Sequence record: OZ374478.1
Strand: one strand, 5' to 3'
Length of the DNA stretch: 32,000 nt
How positions within the stretch are numbered: the stretch's first letter is position 1; each line of letters begins with the position of its first letter. A model generated the notes under the pieces. That model made no database searches, was not told where the DNA came from, and was given only the letters and a program-made list of their open reading frames with translations. Both the position numbers and the translations under genes were made by a program. Positions 1-8,819 of the stretch are shown piece by piece.

Positions 1-306
1 TTGCACATTCTTCGTCAAATAGTCCCCGCTTTTCGGTTGACGGATTTTTTAATCGATTCGTGTTCCTAACCTTGAGAATTTTACTTGACCTTCGTAAAGG
101 ATATTGACGTTTTCCTTGTCTGGCCTTTCTTCCCCGCGTTATCCTTTGAGAGCCAGTCTTGAGATAGGGGAAGTGTTTTCACTCTTTCTTCGAGAGGATG
201 GGACTTTCACCCATATGTGAATCATAGTTAACTAGAAGAATTATAGTTGTTCTTCATAGTCCAATTCCACGGCTTGGTGTAGCCTTTTGAATTGAACAAG
301 TCGCAC
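1..306 (-). mobile_element. Group II intron, 5' portion only (continues beyond window start), inserted in rnl domain V
   Basis: The minus strand reads ...GGTTCGGCTGTTCGC|GTGCGACTTGTTC. Conserved 23S peptidyl-transferase-region sequence stops at 307 and a canonical group II 5' end (GTGCG) starts at 306. A GGGTGAAAGTCCC motif resembles GGGTGAAAATCCCCC in domain I of the complete intron at 2101-4505. The 3' part is not in the window. Confidence 0.7.
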
Positions 307-2100
<1,794 letters not shown>

Positions 2101-4505
2101 ATCGGGATAGGTAGGTCATTTCAAACTTTCCCCCCCTAAGAACCGTGCATGCGACTTTCATCGCACACGGCTCAAGCAGTTCCACGAGAGACTCACACGA
2201 GTCTCCCGGGCTCTAGGTCCCAACACCGTATTCAACGGCCTTTGGAACAAGATTTATGTCCATTTTGTACCGTGCGTTACAGCCTTATGACAGGTTTCAT
2301 GTAACGGAACGATATTATCTACACTCCACTTTCCACCCTCTTTTCTGGGCTTAATATGATGGAGTTCCACTGCTTCTTCGCCATAAAGACTCTGTCCGCA
2401 ATGGGGGCATTTGTGTGTAGCTAATAAGTACACTTGGTTTCGAAACTTAGCGTATTGTCTTTCAAGAGTTTTCATCTCGAAGTACACTTTGCCTTTTGGA
2501 GTATATGGGTTGATTCCATCTTTTAGAGGATATATCCTGAGTTGTTTCACTCTATTGATGTTGAATAGCTGCTGCGATTCTTCATCTGGATTTGTGAAGT
2601 TCCATTTAAGTCCTTCTCTCGCCCGAATATATCTTTTGTATACCCATTCAGCTCTACGCATTTTATGTTTCTTTCGAGCCCACTTCCACATAGATTTATA
2701 GATAAAATGCCCAAGTTTCCAAAACATCTCGATCGAGTGATAAGATGCACTATAATAATTCGCCCACCCTCTAATCAGGGGGTTGAGGTCCTTAATAAGT
2801 CTTCCGATTGGTGCTTGGGTTTTGATGATATCTTTAATCTTGTCTTTGAAGATCTGTACCTTTTTCTTCTGGGGTCTTATAACTAAGGTGGTTTCTTGGT
2901 TCTCATTTCTTTTATTCCTACGCAAACTGCGTGGGAATCTTCTGATGGAAAATCCGAGAAAGTCAAATCCTTCGGTTATATGAGATATTTTTGTTTTGGC
3001 TTCTTTATATCGGAGACCACGCTCTTCTAAAAATTTGCTCCCACTTTCCATAATCTCACCCCTGAGCTCGTCGTGACTGGTCCCTGTTACAATAAAGTCG
3101 TCCGCATATCTGACAAGATGGACCTTCTTACGACGTCTTCCATCGCTGTCAAATTGCATGGCTTTTTCGATGCCATTAAGGGTAATGTTCGCTAAAGTTG
3201 GTGAAATAATACTTCCTTGTGGGGTTCCCATTTCACTTTTTTCAAACATGTCTTTCTCCATAATGCCAGCCTTTAGCCACTGGTATAGGATGACTTTATC
3301 GCACAGTTGTACGTGTTTCATGAGGAATTTGTGGCAAATTCTGTCATAGCATTTTTCAATATCTGCATCTAAAATCCATTCGGGGGAATAGCTTTTATCA
3401 AGCAAGGTCCTTACTCGTGCAATTGCATGGTGAGCCGATCTGTATTTTCTGAACCCATACGAGTGAGTGTCAGAGTCAACTTCGGCACCTGGGTCCAGTG
3501 CAAGTTGATATAATGCTTGTACACCACGATCGATTAGCGTTGGAATCCCTAAAGGACGTTGGGAGCCGTCCGATTTAGGAATCCATACCCTTTTGACTGG
3601 AGATGCTTTATAAGAGTAGGGATTCTTAACAATCTCTAGGAGTTCTTGTATTGCATTCCATTTATCGTTTGGGTTCTTCCAAAGTCTTTTGTCAATACCT
3701 GGGGTATTCTTCCCTTTATTGGTACTTACTCGTCTGATGGCGAGGGCACGCCCTTCGAACGAGGTAACAATGTCTCTTTGGAGCCTGTGGACAAATTGTT
3801 TTTCACCTTTTTGATGAGCCACTACAAGGACTTCTTGTTTTTTTGCGATGAAATTGTAGCAATGTTGCCAGTCAATATCATGCCAAGAGTTCATAGTCTT
3901 ACTTTTCCTTACTTATTATACTTGTGAAAAGAAACTATAGATAGGAATAACCTATTTCTTTGTTGCAGTTTGGAGCCACCCATAGTTTAAGTCGGCAACC
4001 TTTCGGTTCGAATCAAAGGATTCTATCTCCCTCATTACAAGGCAGCATTCGCTTTTTAAACTGTCTTTTACCCCCTAAGCTTATAGTTGGAATTGCTTCC
4101 GAACCTACCTTCATGAAAGATTCATAGGAGGAGCTCGTGGGGCTTACCGTGTTCCGTGTAACGCATAATTCATTTGAAGATTTAGAGTCAGTCTTTACCC
4201 CGGCGATCCTTCACACTTCCGATATATCCAGCACAAGGAGATATATCTTGATCGCATTCTCGGTAGTTAAGTGATGTAGAAATTACCGAGCACCTTATTA
4301 CGGGGCCTCAATGACAGTTCGCTTTCGCTACTCATGTCTTCTTTACTCTCGCGGTTTTCACACTCTTTCTTGTCGTGTTATCCCTACTTTTAACTAGGGC
4401 TTCCCACATATACGTTACCATGTATGCAGGCCTAGCTGAGTCATGTTGAAAGTGTAACATGGGGGATTTTCACCCCAATACGTTAGACGACTTTTCACGT
4501 CGCAC
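2101..4505 (-). mobile_element. Complete group II intron in rnl with ORF in domain IV
   Basis: The 5' end is GTGCGACGTGAAAAGTCG at 4505. Domain V is a 34-mer, GAGCCGTGTGCGATGAAAGTCGCATGCACGGTTC (2140-2173), with the AGC triad and a GAAA loop. The 3' end is ...CCTATCCCGAT at 2101. The flanking exons join to CCTTTTGCATAA|TGGGTCAGCGAC, which matches the conserved bacterial 23S block CCTTTTGTATAATGGGTCAGCGAC. Confidence 0.9.
2254..3894 (-). CDS. Group II intron-encoded reverse transcriptase / maturase with C-terminal HNH endonuclease domain
   Basis: 546-aa ORF inside the intron. It has the RT motif VRYADDFIV (YADD), an RGWANYY maturase (X) motif, and a C-terminal CPHCG...HHIKPRKEGGKWSVDNIVPLHETCH zinc-finger/HNH pattern. 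Confidence 0.9.
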   Translation of the reverse strand: MNSWHDIDWQHCYNFIAKKQEVLVVAHQKGEKQFVHRLQRDIVTSFEGRALAIRRVSTNKGKNTPGIDKRLWKNPNDKWNAIQELLEIVKNPYSYKASPVKRVWIPKSDGSQRPLGIPTLIDRGVQALYQLALDPGAEVDSDTHSYGFRKYRSAHHAIARVRTLLDKSYSPEWILDADIEKCYDRICHKFLMKHVQLCDKVILYQWLKAGIMEKDMFEKSEMGTPQGSIISPTLANITLNGIEKAMQFDSDGRRRKKVHLVRYADDFIVTGTSHDELRGEIMESGSKFLEERGLRYKEAKTKISHITEGFDFLGFSIRRFPRSLRRNKRNENQETTLVIRPQKKKVQIFKDKIKDIIKTQAPIGRLIKDLNPLIRGWANYYSASYHSIEMFWKLGHFIYKSMWKWARKKHKMRRAEWVYKRYIRAREGLKWNFTNPDEESQQLFNINRVKQLRIYPLKDGINPYTPKGKVYFEMKTLERQYAKFRNQVYLLATHKCPHCGQSLYGEEAVELHHIKPRKEGGKWSVDNIVPLHETCHKAVTHGTKWT

Positions 4506-5000
4506 TTATGCAAAAGGTACACCGTTACTTTGTAGAAAAGCTCCGATTGCTTGTCAGTGTTTTGGTTCAGATCTTTTCACTCCCGTTCGGCGGGTTCTTT
4601 TCACCTTTCCTTCACAGTACTTGTGCACTATTGATCTCCAAAGCATAATGTGGCTTAGAAGGTGGTTCTCCTGTGTTCAAACAGTGAACGTTCTACTTGT
4701 TCATACATCATGTGGTATTATACAGGACTTTCACCTTCTGTGGTGCAATATTCCAAAAGCTTTTACAGTCATGGATGTATGGTGCCATTGCCGCTTTCTT
4801 TCGCCAATACTGACGGCATCTCGGTTGATTTTTGTTCCTGTAGTTACTAAGATGTTTCAATTCACTACGTGTAATCATTGATGTGGTTTCCCACGTTGGG
4901 GACTGTGCACCTTTCAGAATGTTTTCTCAGATACAATGTTTCGCATAGTGAAGCGCCCATATGTGCATTGGAGCCAAGGCATTCACAAAACACCTCGTCT
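4506..5000 (-). rRNA. rnl: LSU rRNA 5' exon (5' end approximate)
   Basis: The minus strand has GTGAATGCCTTGGC (~4975), GGGAAACCAC (~4885), AGTACTGTGAAGGAAAGGTGAAAAGAACCCGCCGAACGGGAGTGAAAAGATCTGAA (~4570-4625) and ends with CCTTTTGCATAA at 4506. The 5' end was placed by similarity to the bacterial 23S 5' region only. Confidence 0.8.
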
Positions 5001-5008
5001 GTCTTTTG

Positions 5009-5082
5009 TGGCCAAAGATGGACTTGAACCATCGACCGCAGGATTATGAATCCTGTGCTCTAACCAACTGAGCTATCTGGCC
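5009..5082 (-). tRNA. trnM(cau): tRNA with CAU anticodon (elongator Met or lysidine-modified Ile)
   Basis: 74 nt: GGCCAGA TA GCTC AGTTGGTTA GAGC A CAGGA TTCATAA TCCTG CGGTC GATGG TTCAAGT CCATC TTTGGCC A. It folds as a full cloverleaf with a 7-bp acceptor (one G-U), a 4-bp D stem, a 5-bp anticodon stem and a 5-bp T stem with a TTCAAGT loop. There is no GGG/CCC initiator signature in the anticodon stem. Confidence 0.9.
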
Positions 5083-5455
5083 ATAGTGCGAAGCACTTCT
5101 TGCTCCGCACCGCAGGAGCGAGTGCGAAGCACTTCTTGCTCCGCACCGCAGGAGCGAGTGCGAAGCACTTCTTGCTCCGCACCGCAGGAGCGAGTGCGAA
5201 GCATCTCTTGCTTCCCACCGAAGGAAGCCTCTTCTTCGAAGGTGCACTCGCCAAAGGCGCTCTTCGAGACATTCGGAGCCCCTTCTTTGAAGGTGCACAA
5301 CCTTCGGAGTGCTTCGCTTGCCTCGCTCCGCACCGCAGGAGCGAGTGCAAAGCATGTTTTTTGTTGGTTGCGTGTTGCACGAAGAAAAAACGCCGAAGGA
5401 TGGGTCGTCGAAGGCGCTCCTATCGAAGATCTCTTTGAGCAAGTTCGAGACTCCT
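5083..5455. repeat. GC-rich repeat cluster including a 36-bp tandem repeat (about 3.9 copies, 5085-5228)
   Basis: The unit AGTGCGAAGCACTTCTTGCTCCGCACCGCAGGAGCG starts at 5085, 5121 and 5157, with a degenerate copy at 5193. It contains the hairpin GTGCGAAGCA/TGCTCCGCAC. A further partial copy lies at ~5325-5356, followed by CCTTCGGAG and CTTCGAAG-type modules. Confidence 0.9.
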
Positions 5456-5494
5456 TGTTTTCAAAGATTCTTTTGCTTGTATTCTTTCTGGTTA

Positions 5495-5600
5495 TACAGC
5501 CCATCCAAGAAACATCCATACTTGATTCATGCATTTAATATGAAGTGCAGTCATGGTGTGGAGAGGATATATCCACCCTGCTTTTCCTAATGTACTATGC
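5495..5600 (-). promoter_or_regulatory. Conserved ~70-90 nt non-coding element, copy 1 (upstream of trnM-rnl in minus sense)
   Basis: The minus-sense sequence CCATGACTGCACTTCATATTAAATGCATGAATCAAGTATGGATGTTTCTTGGATGGGCTG aligns at roughly 80 percent with the element at 7630-7720. The function is inferred only. Confidence 0.3.
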
Positions 5601-5942
5601 AACAAGTGCAACAACTCCATAGAAAATGCCGATGCATAATCACATGGGAAAAGATTCAGCATAGAAAGGCAATGAAGCGCTTCCAATTTGATGAATATTG
5701 ACAATCTCTTAGTCCACCATATAAACGATTCATCGCTCTTTCGGAGTAGGTTGAAAGGTTTTGGCAAGTGCGTTGTCTTGCTTGATATGAAGAAGAATGT
5801 AATACAACCCCAAAGAAACAGAGTATGATGTGCAAAAAGATAGTGGCCAAAACCATAAGCTACCGTTTCAAGCCACGCGCATCTGTTACTGCATGTGGGA
5901 AGAAGGTTGTGCATCTGGAAAAGACTAGAGTTATTTCCTGCA

Positions 5943-6058
5943 TCTCGAACTCGCTCCTCGAACTTGCTCGAAGAGCTCCTTTGCGAAGCTTATCTTGCTT
6001 CGAAGAAGCATGGCTGACTCAAAGAGCGTTTCCGCTTTGCGAAGAAGCTCCTTTGGAG
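5943..6058. repeat. GC-rich modular repeat cluster
   Basis: Contains CTCGAAC..., GCGAAGCTTATCTTGCTTCGAAGAAGCATGGCTGACTCAAAGAGCG and GTTTCCGCTTTGCG modules shared with other clusters. Confidence 0.85.
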
Positions 6059-6345
6059 AATGATCAAAGAAAAGCAGCATGATGATCGAAATACACATCC
6101 GAAACGTTGGATTATTAAAAAGCAACAGTCGAGACATGTTGACAGTTACATGCACAAGTTTGCCATACGGAATATGAGAGACCATGAAGCTTTTTGTGGC
6201 GTTCTTGCATACGCTACAATGCATGAAAAGATGCATACTGATACCGGTAACAGAAATAAAGTGTACGTGTATGCTGGAATTGGAATGTACAGATCAGTAA
6301 CCGAAAGGTGTTGTTTGCCTGTCAAAGGTAATCATGTTATTTTGA

Positions 6346-6428
6346 GCTCCGTCGAAGAAGGGGCTCCGAAGGTTAGGCTCCGTCGAAGAAGGGGCTCCGA
6401 AGGTTAGGCTCCTTCGAAGAAGGGGCTG
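6346..6428. repeat. 31-bp tandem repeat, about 2.7 copies
   Basis: GCTCCGTCGAAGAAGGGGCTCCGAAGGTTAG occurs at 6346 and 6377, with a partial copy at 6408. Confidence 0.9.
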
Positions 6429-6445
6429 ATTCTTTAACGTTTTCG

Positions 6446-6498
6446 CAAACCAATACATATCTTGCTTCCAACATTCAAGATATGTATGTATTGGTTTG
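6446..6498 (-). terminator. Long imperfect hairpin immediately 3' of orf329 (possible 3'-end/processing signal)
   Basis: CAAACCAATACATATCTTG (6446-6464) pairs with CAAGATATGTATGTATTGGTTTG (6476-6498). The stem is about 19 bp with a 4-nt bulge and an 11-nt loop. It abuts the orf329 stop codon at 6501-6503. Confidence 0.4.
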
Positions 6499-6500
6499 TT

Positions 6501-7490
6501 TTATTTGCTCTTGGTCCAAGTCCAAATAAATGTCTTTCGAGCCCAAGACGAGAGATCTTTGATAGGCTTTAAAGCCCAGTTCTTGATACCAGTGGCAATA
6601 ACAACTTCTGGTGCAACATACGCTGTGACGAACCCTGGTGCAGCTTTGGCACTTAAAAGATCTCTGTACGTTGTTTGAGAATGTTCGATCATTAGGGCGT
6701 TGGTGACTCGGCCTGTTTTGGGATCGGTAATCAGATTAATATCAATCTGACCACTTTCCACAAAAGGTCGAAGGTTTGCGTAGATAAAGTGACCGACTGT
6801 GTCCTCCAAAAGAGGCTTCCCAATAACCACACGTGCAGCATCCACAGGAAGGGTGTTTTGGAAAACAGGTACGTCATGCACCATGTAGGAACCACCTACG
6901 CATACCAAGGTCACCTTTCCAAAATGGTTTACACAATATCGGCAAGTTTGCATAAGTGGTCCTTCTACAGCAGGCAGCATATAAGCTATGCTTGACTGCA
7001 TAGTCAGCTGGGCTGCGGCTGTAGCAACAAATCCACCAAGCGCAAACGCAATGTTACTGATGAGGATACCGGGCTGTTCCGGCAAGAACAGCTCCAATGT
7101 CCCATTTGGGCTAATCTCATAGCCTCCTAAACAGAGTGAGACGTTCCACAATATGAGCCCTCCAAAAGTGAGATATGCAAAACGAAAAAACCAGAGAACG
7201 CTTTGAAGATTCTCTTGCCAATACGTTTCTATATGTTGGGCATCAGACCGAAAGGTCTCATACTTTTGTTTCAACCATGTGATTTGCAAGAATCGCTCAC
7301 CTAAAAAAATGACGAACATAAACAATAGGATGGTGAAGGTTCCATTGTAAAACACTTGGAAAAAATGTCCATAATACATGTTGTACATGGTACGCATGGA
7401 AAAAAAGAACAAGAAAAGTGGATTGCTAAGAATCTTGATGAGAGCTTTTTGGAAAAGCCCCATGGGAATGATTTTGAAAATATCTGTCAT
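6501..7490 (-). CDS. orf329: hypothetical membrane protein, no recognisable family
   Basis: Uninterrupted 329-codon ORF with an ATG start. The N-terminal half has about 4 hydrophobic segments (e.g. FTILLFMFVIFLG, LTFGGLILWNVSLCLGG, ISNIAFALGGFVATAAA). The C-terminal ~150 aa looks soluble. It contains no GC-repeat modules and I cannot match it to any standard mitochondrial gene by eye. Confidence 0.6.
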   Translation of the reverse strand: MTDIFKIIPMGLFQKALIKILSNPLFLFFFSMRTMYNMYYGHFFQVFYNGTFTILLFMFVIFLGERFLQITWLKQKYETFRSDAQHIETYWQENLQSVLWFFRFAYLTFGGLILWNVSLCLGGYEISPNGTLELFLPEQPGILISNIAFALGGFVATAAAQLTMQSSIAYMLPAVEGPLMQTCRYCVNHFGKVTLVCVGGSYMVHDVPVFQNTLPVDAARVVIGKPLLEDTVGHFIYANLRPFVESGQIDINLITDPKTGRVTNALMIEHSQTTYRDLLSAKAAPGFVTAYVAPEVVIATGIKNWALKPIKDLSSWARKTFIWTWTKSK

Positions 7491-7507
7491 TTGTTTTCAT
7501 TTTCTTG

Positions 7508-7538
7508 AACAGTCATACACATACAAAAGGATGTTTTG
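7508..7538 (-). promoter_or_regulatory. Leader motif shared by orf329 and orf602
   Basis: Plus-strand AACAGTCATACACATACAAAAGGATGTTTTG (7508-7538) matches AACAATCATACAAAAGTATGTTTTG (10624-10648). The two differ by one 6-nt indel and 2 substitutions, and each lies just 5' of its ORF. Confidence 0.4.
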
Positions 7539-7595
7539 CTCATGTTTCGCCGGAGGCGATCTTCGAAGAAGGGATTCTTCTTTTGAAGATTGTGT

Positions 7596-7625
7596 CTTGC
7601 TTCTCATCATGAATGAGAAGGCAAG
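7596..7625 (-). repeat. Solitary copy of the hairpin found at the 3' end of the rns 5'-half
   Basis: CTTGCTTCTCATCATGAATGAGAAGGCAAG is near-identical to 8461-8491 and 10770-10800. It forms a 12-bp stem, CTTGCTTCTCAT/ATGAGAAGGCAAG. Confidence 0.7.
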
Positions 7626-7629
7626 GAAG

Positions 7630-7720
7630 CAGCGCATCCAAGGATTGGCCATACCTCATGCATACATTCAATATGAAGTGCAATCATGGCATATTGGTTC
7701 TTTGGCGGTTTAGAAGGCTT
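7630..7720 (-). promoter_or_regulatory. Conserved non-coding element, copy 2 (upstream of orf329 in minus sense)
   Basis: The minus-sense sequence CCATGATTGCACTTCATATTGAATGTATGCATGAGGTATGGCCAATCCTTGGATGCGCTG aligns with copy 1 at 5495-5600. Confidence 0.3.
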
Positions 7721-7820
7721 CCATTGTTTTTGTTTTTCGCCGCCCATGTACGGGCTGACTTTAAGTCAACCGCTTTAATAGTGAATCCAGCTCCCTGGAA
7801 CTTTTTTTACATGGTCGTGA

Positions 7821-7895
7821 GAGTCCCTTCTTCGCGCGGCACACTCGCCAAAGGCGCTCTTCTGACTCAAAGAGCGCCTGCGGCGACCTTCGGAG
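7821..7895. repeat. GC-rich modular repeat cluster
   Basis: AGTCCCTTCTTCGCGCGGCACACTCGCCAAAGGCGCTCTTCTGACTCAAAGAGCGCCTGCGGCGACCTTCGGAGT. The same module string recurs at ~28085-28150. Confidence 0.85.
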
Positions 7896-8078
7896 TATTC
7901 ATTTACAACTTTTTTCAACCATGGAATAGTATGCATTGCATATAACAAGGTAAGAACTCATGCAAGGCGTAAAAGAAGCCAATCAATTGGATATTCAAAG
8001 TACACATAAAGTACCACTGAACTGATACACACGCTTACAATTGCTAAAAACGTGCGCCAATTGTTTAAAAAAGTTGTC

Positions 8079-8422
8079 ACTCCGAAGGTTGTGTTTCTTC
8101 AAAGAAGGGACTCCGAAGGTTGTGTGCCGCACGAAGAAGGGACTCCGAAGGTTGTGTGCCGCACGAAGAAGGGACTCCGAAGGTTGTGTGCCGCACGAAG
8201 AAGGGACTCCGAAGGTTGTGTGCCGCACAAAGAAGGGACTCCGAAGGTTGTGTGCCGCACAAAGAAGGGACTTCCTTCGCCCGAAGTCGTTCTGACTCGA
8301 ACTCGAAGAGCGCCTCTGGCGAGCGCCTTTGGCGAGCTCCTTTGCGAAGCTTATCTTGCTTCGAAGAAGCATGGGTGACTCAAAGAGCGCCTTTGGCGAG
8401 TGTGCCGCGCGAAGAAGGGACT
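8079..8422. repeat. 32-bp tandem repeat (about 6 copies, 8079-8275) followed by a GC-rich modular cluster
   Basis: The unit ACTCCGAAGGTTGTGTGCCGCACGAAGAAGGG starts at 8079, 8110, 8142, 8174, 8206 and 8238. It is followed by CTCGAACTCGAAGAGCGCCTCTGGCGAGCGCC and TTGCTTCGAAGAAGCATGGGTG (8356-8377). Confidence 0.9.
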
Positions 8423-8459
8423 GTCAATTTGTTTTTTTGTTAGAGCATTCCTAGCTATA

Positions 8460-8758
8460 CCTTGCTTCTCATCATGAATAAGAAAGCAAAGAATGTGTTG
8501 ATTCACTTCCCCCGAAAGAGATTACAGCATCGTTGACTGCGTGGACTACACTGGTGTTTAATCAGCTTCGCTCCCCACGCCTTTGCGCCTCAGTATCAGA
8601 AATGATCCAGGAATGTGCCTTCTCTATGAGACAAGCTTTTTTCCTCTCTTAATTTCAGGTCCTTCTGTTTTCGAAGATCTTTTTTCCGGCGAAAAAAGCC
8701 ATACCAACCATATCGGCTGGGATGTAACCAAAAACAACAAAGTACAACCTACACGCCT
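8460..8758 (-). pseudogene. Degenerate duplicate of the 3' ~300 nt of the rns 5'-half (E. coli 16S ~570-850 equivalent)
   Basis: Both ends align with 10769-11081. Examples are ...CAGCATCGTTGACTGCGTGGACTACAC(T/C)GGTGT(T/C)TAATCAGCTTCGCTCCCCACGCC and AACAAAGTACAACCTACACGCC. The central block corresponding to the 16S 680-720 region (GAATTTCTAGTGTAGAAGTTAAATTC...GGAATACC in the 10.9-kb copy) is replaced or scrambled here. Confidence 0.75.
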
Positions 8759-8819
8759 TAATTGAAAGACTGCTTTCAAGTCTTTCGCATTTATGTGAGA
8801 TCTTGTTTTCACTTTTTTC

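Noticed and set aside
3995-4025. GGTTCGAATC T-loop-like sequence on the plus strand
   Set aside because: It lies inside the group II intron on the opposite strand. There is no cloverleaf around it, and the stem CCTTT/AAAGG would enclose an 11-nt loop.
5044-5538. Several overlapping 100-150-aa ORFs on both strands (e.g. 5044-5442, 5073-5534, 5086-5538) with repeated peptide blocks
   Set aside because: They run through the 36-bp tandem repeat and GC modules and overlap the tRNA. The repeated peptides only mirror the DNA repeat, and all frames are open because the modules lack stop codons.
5492-6236. Minus-strand ORFs of 140 aa (5492-5914) and 101 aa (5931-6236) in the spacer between orf329 and trnM
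   Set aside because: They show no similarity to any mitochondrial protein I recognise. They are in different frames. The C-terminus of the 140-aa ORF is encoded by the conserved non-coding element, whose second copy (7630-7720) is not part of any comparable ORF. The 3' part of the 101-aa ORF is GC-module sequence. I left them unannotated, although a short hydrophobic protein cannot be excluded.
7745-7795. tRNA-Leu(UAA)-like anticodon stem-loop on the minus strand (GTTGA CTTAAAG TCAGC)
   Set aside because: I could not build a T arm with a TTCRA-type loop, a D arm or a 7-bp acceptor stem from the flanking sequence. It is probably a chance hairpin or a decayed fragment.
8041-8443. ORFs of 84-125 aa on both strands across 8041-8443
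   Set aside because: They are entirely within the 32-bp tandem array and GC modules. The peptides are periodic copies (…EGTPKVVCRTKKGLRRLCAARRRDS…).
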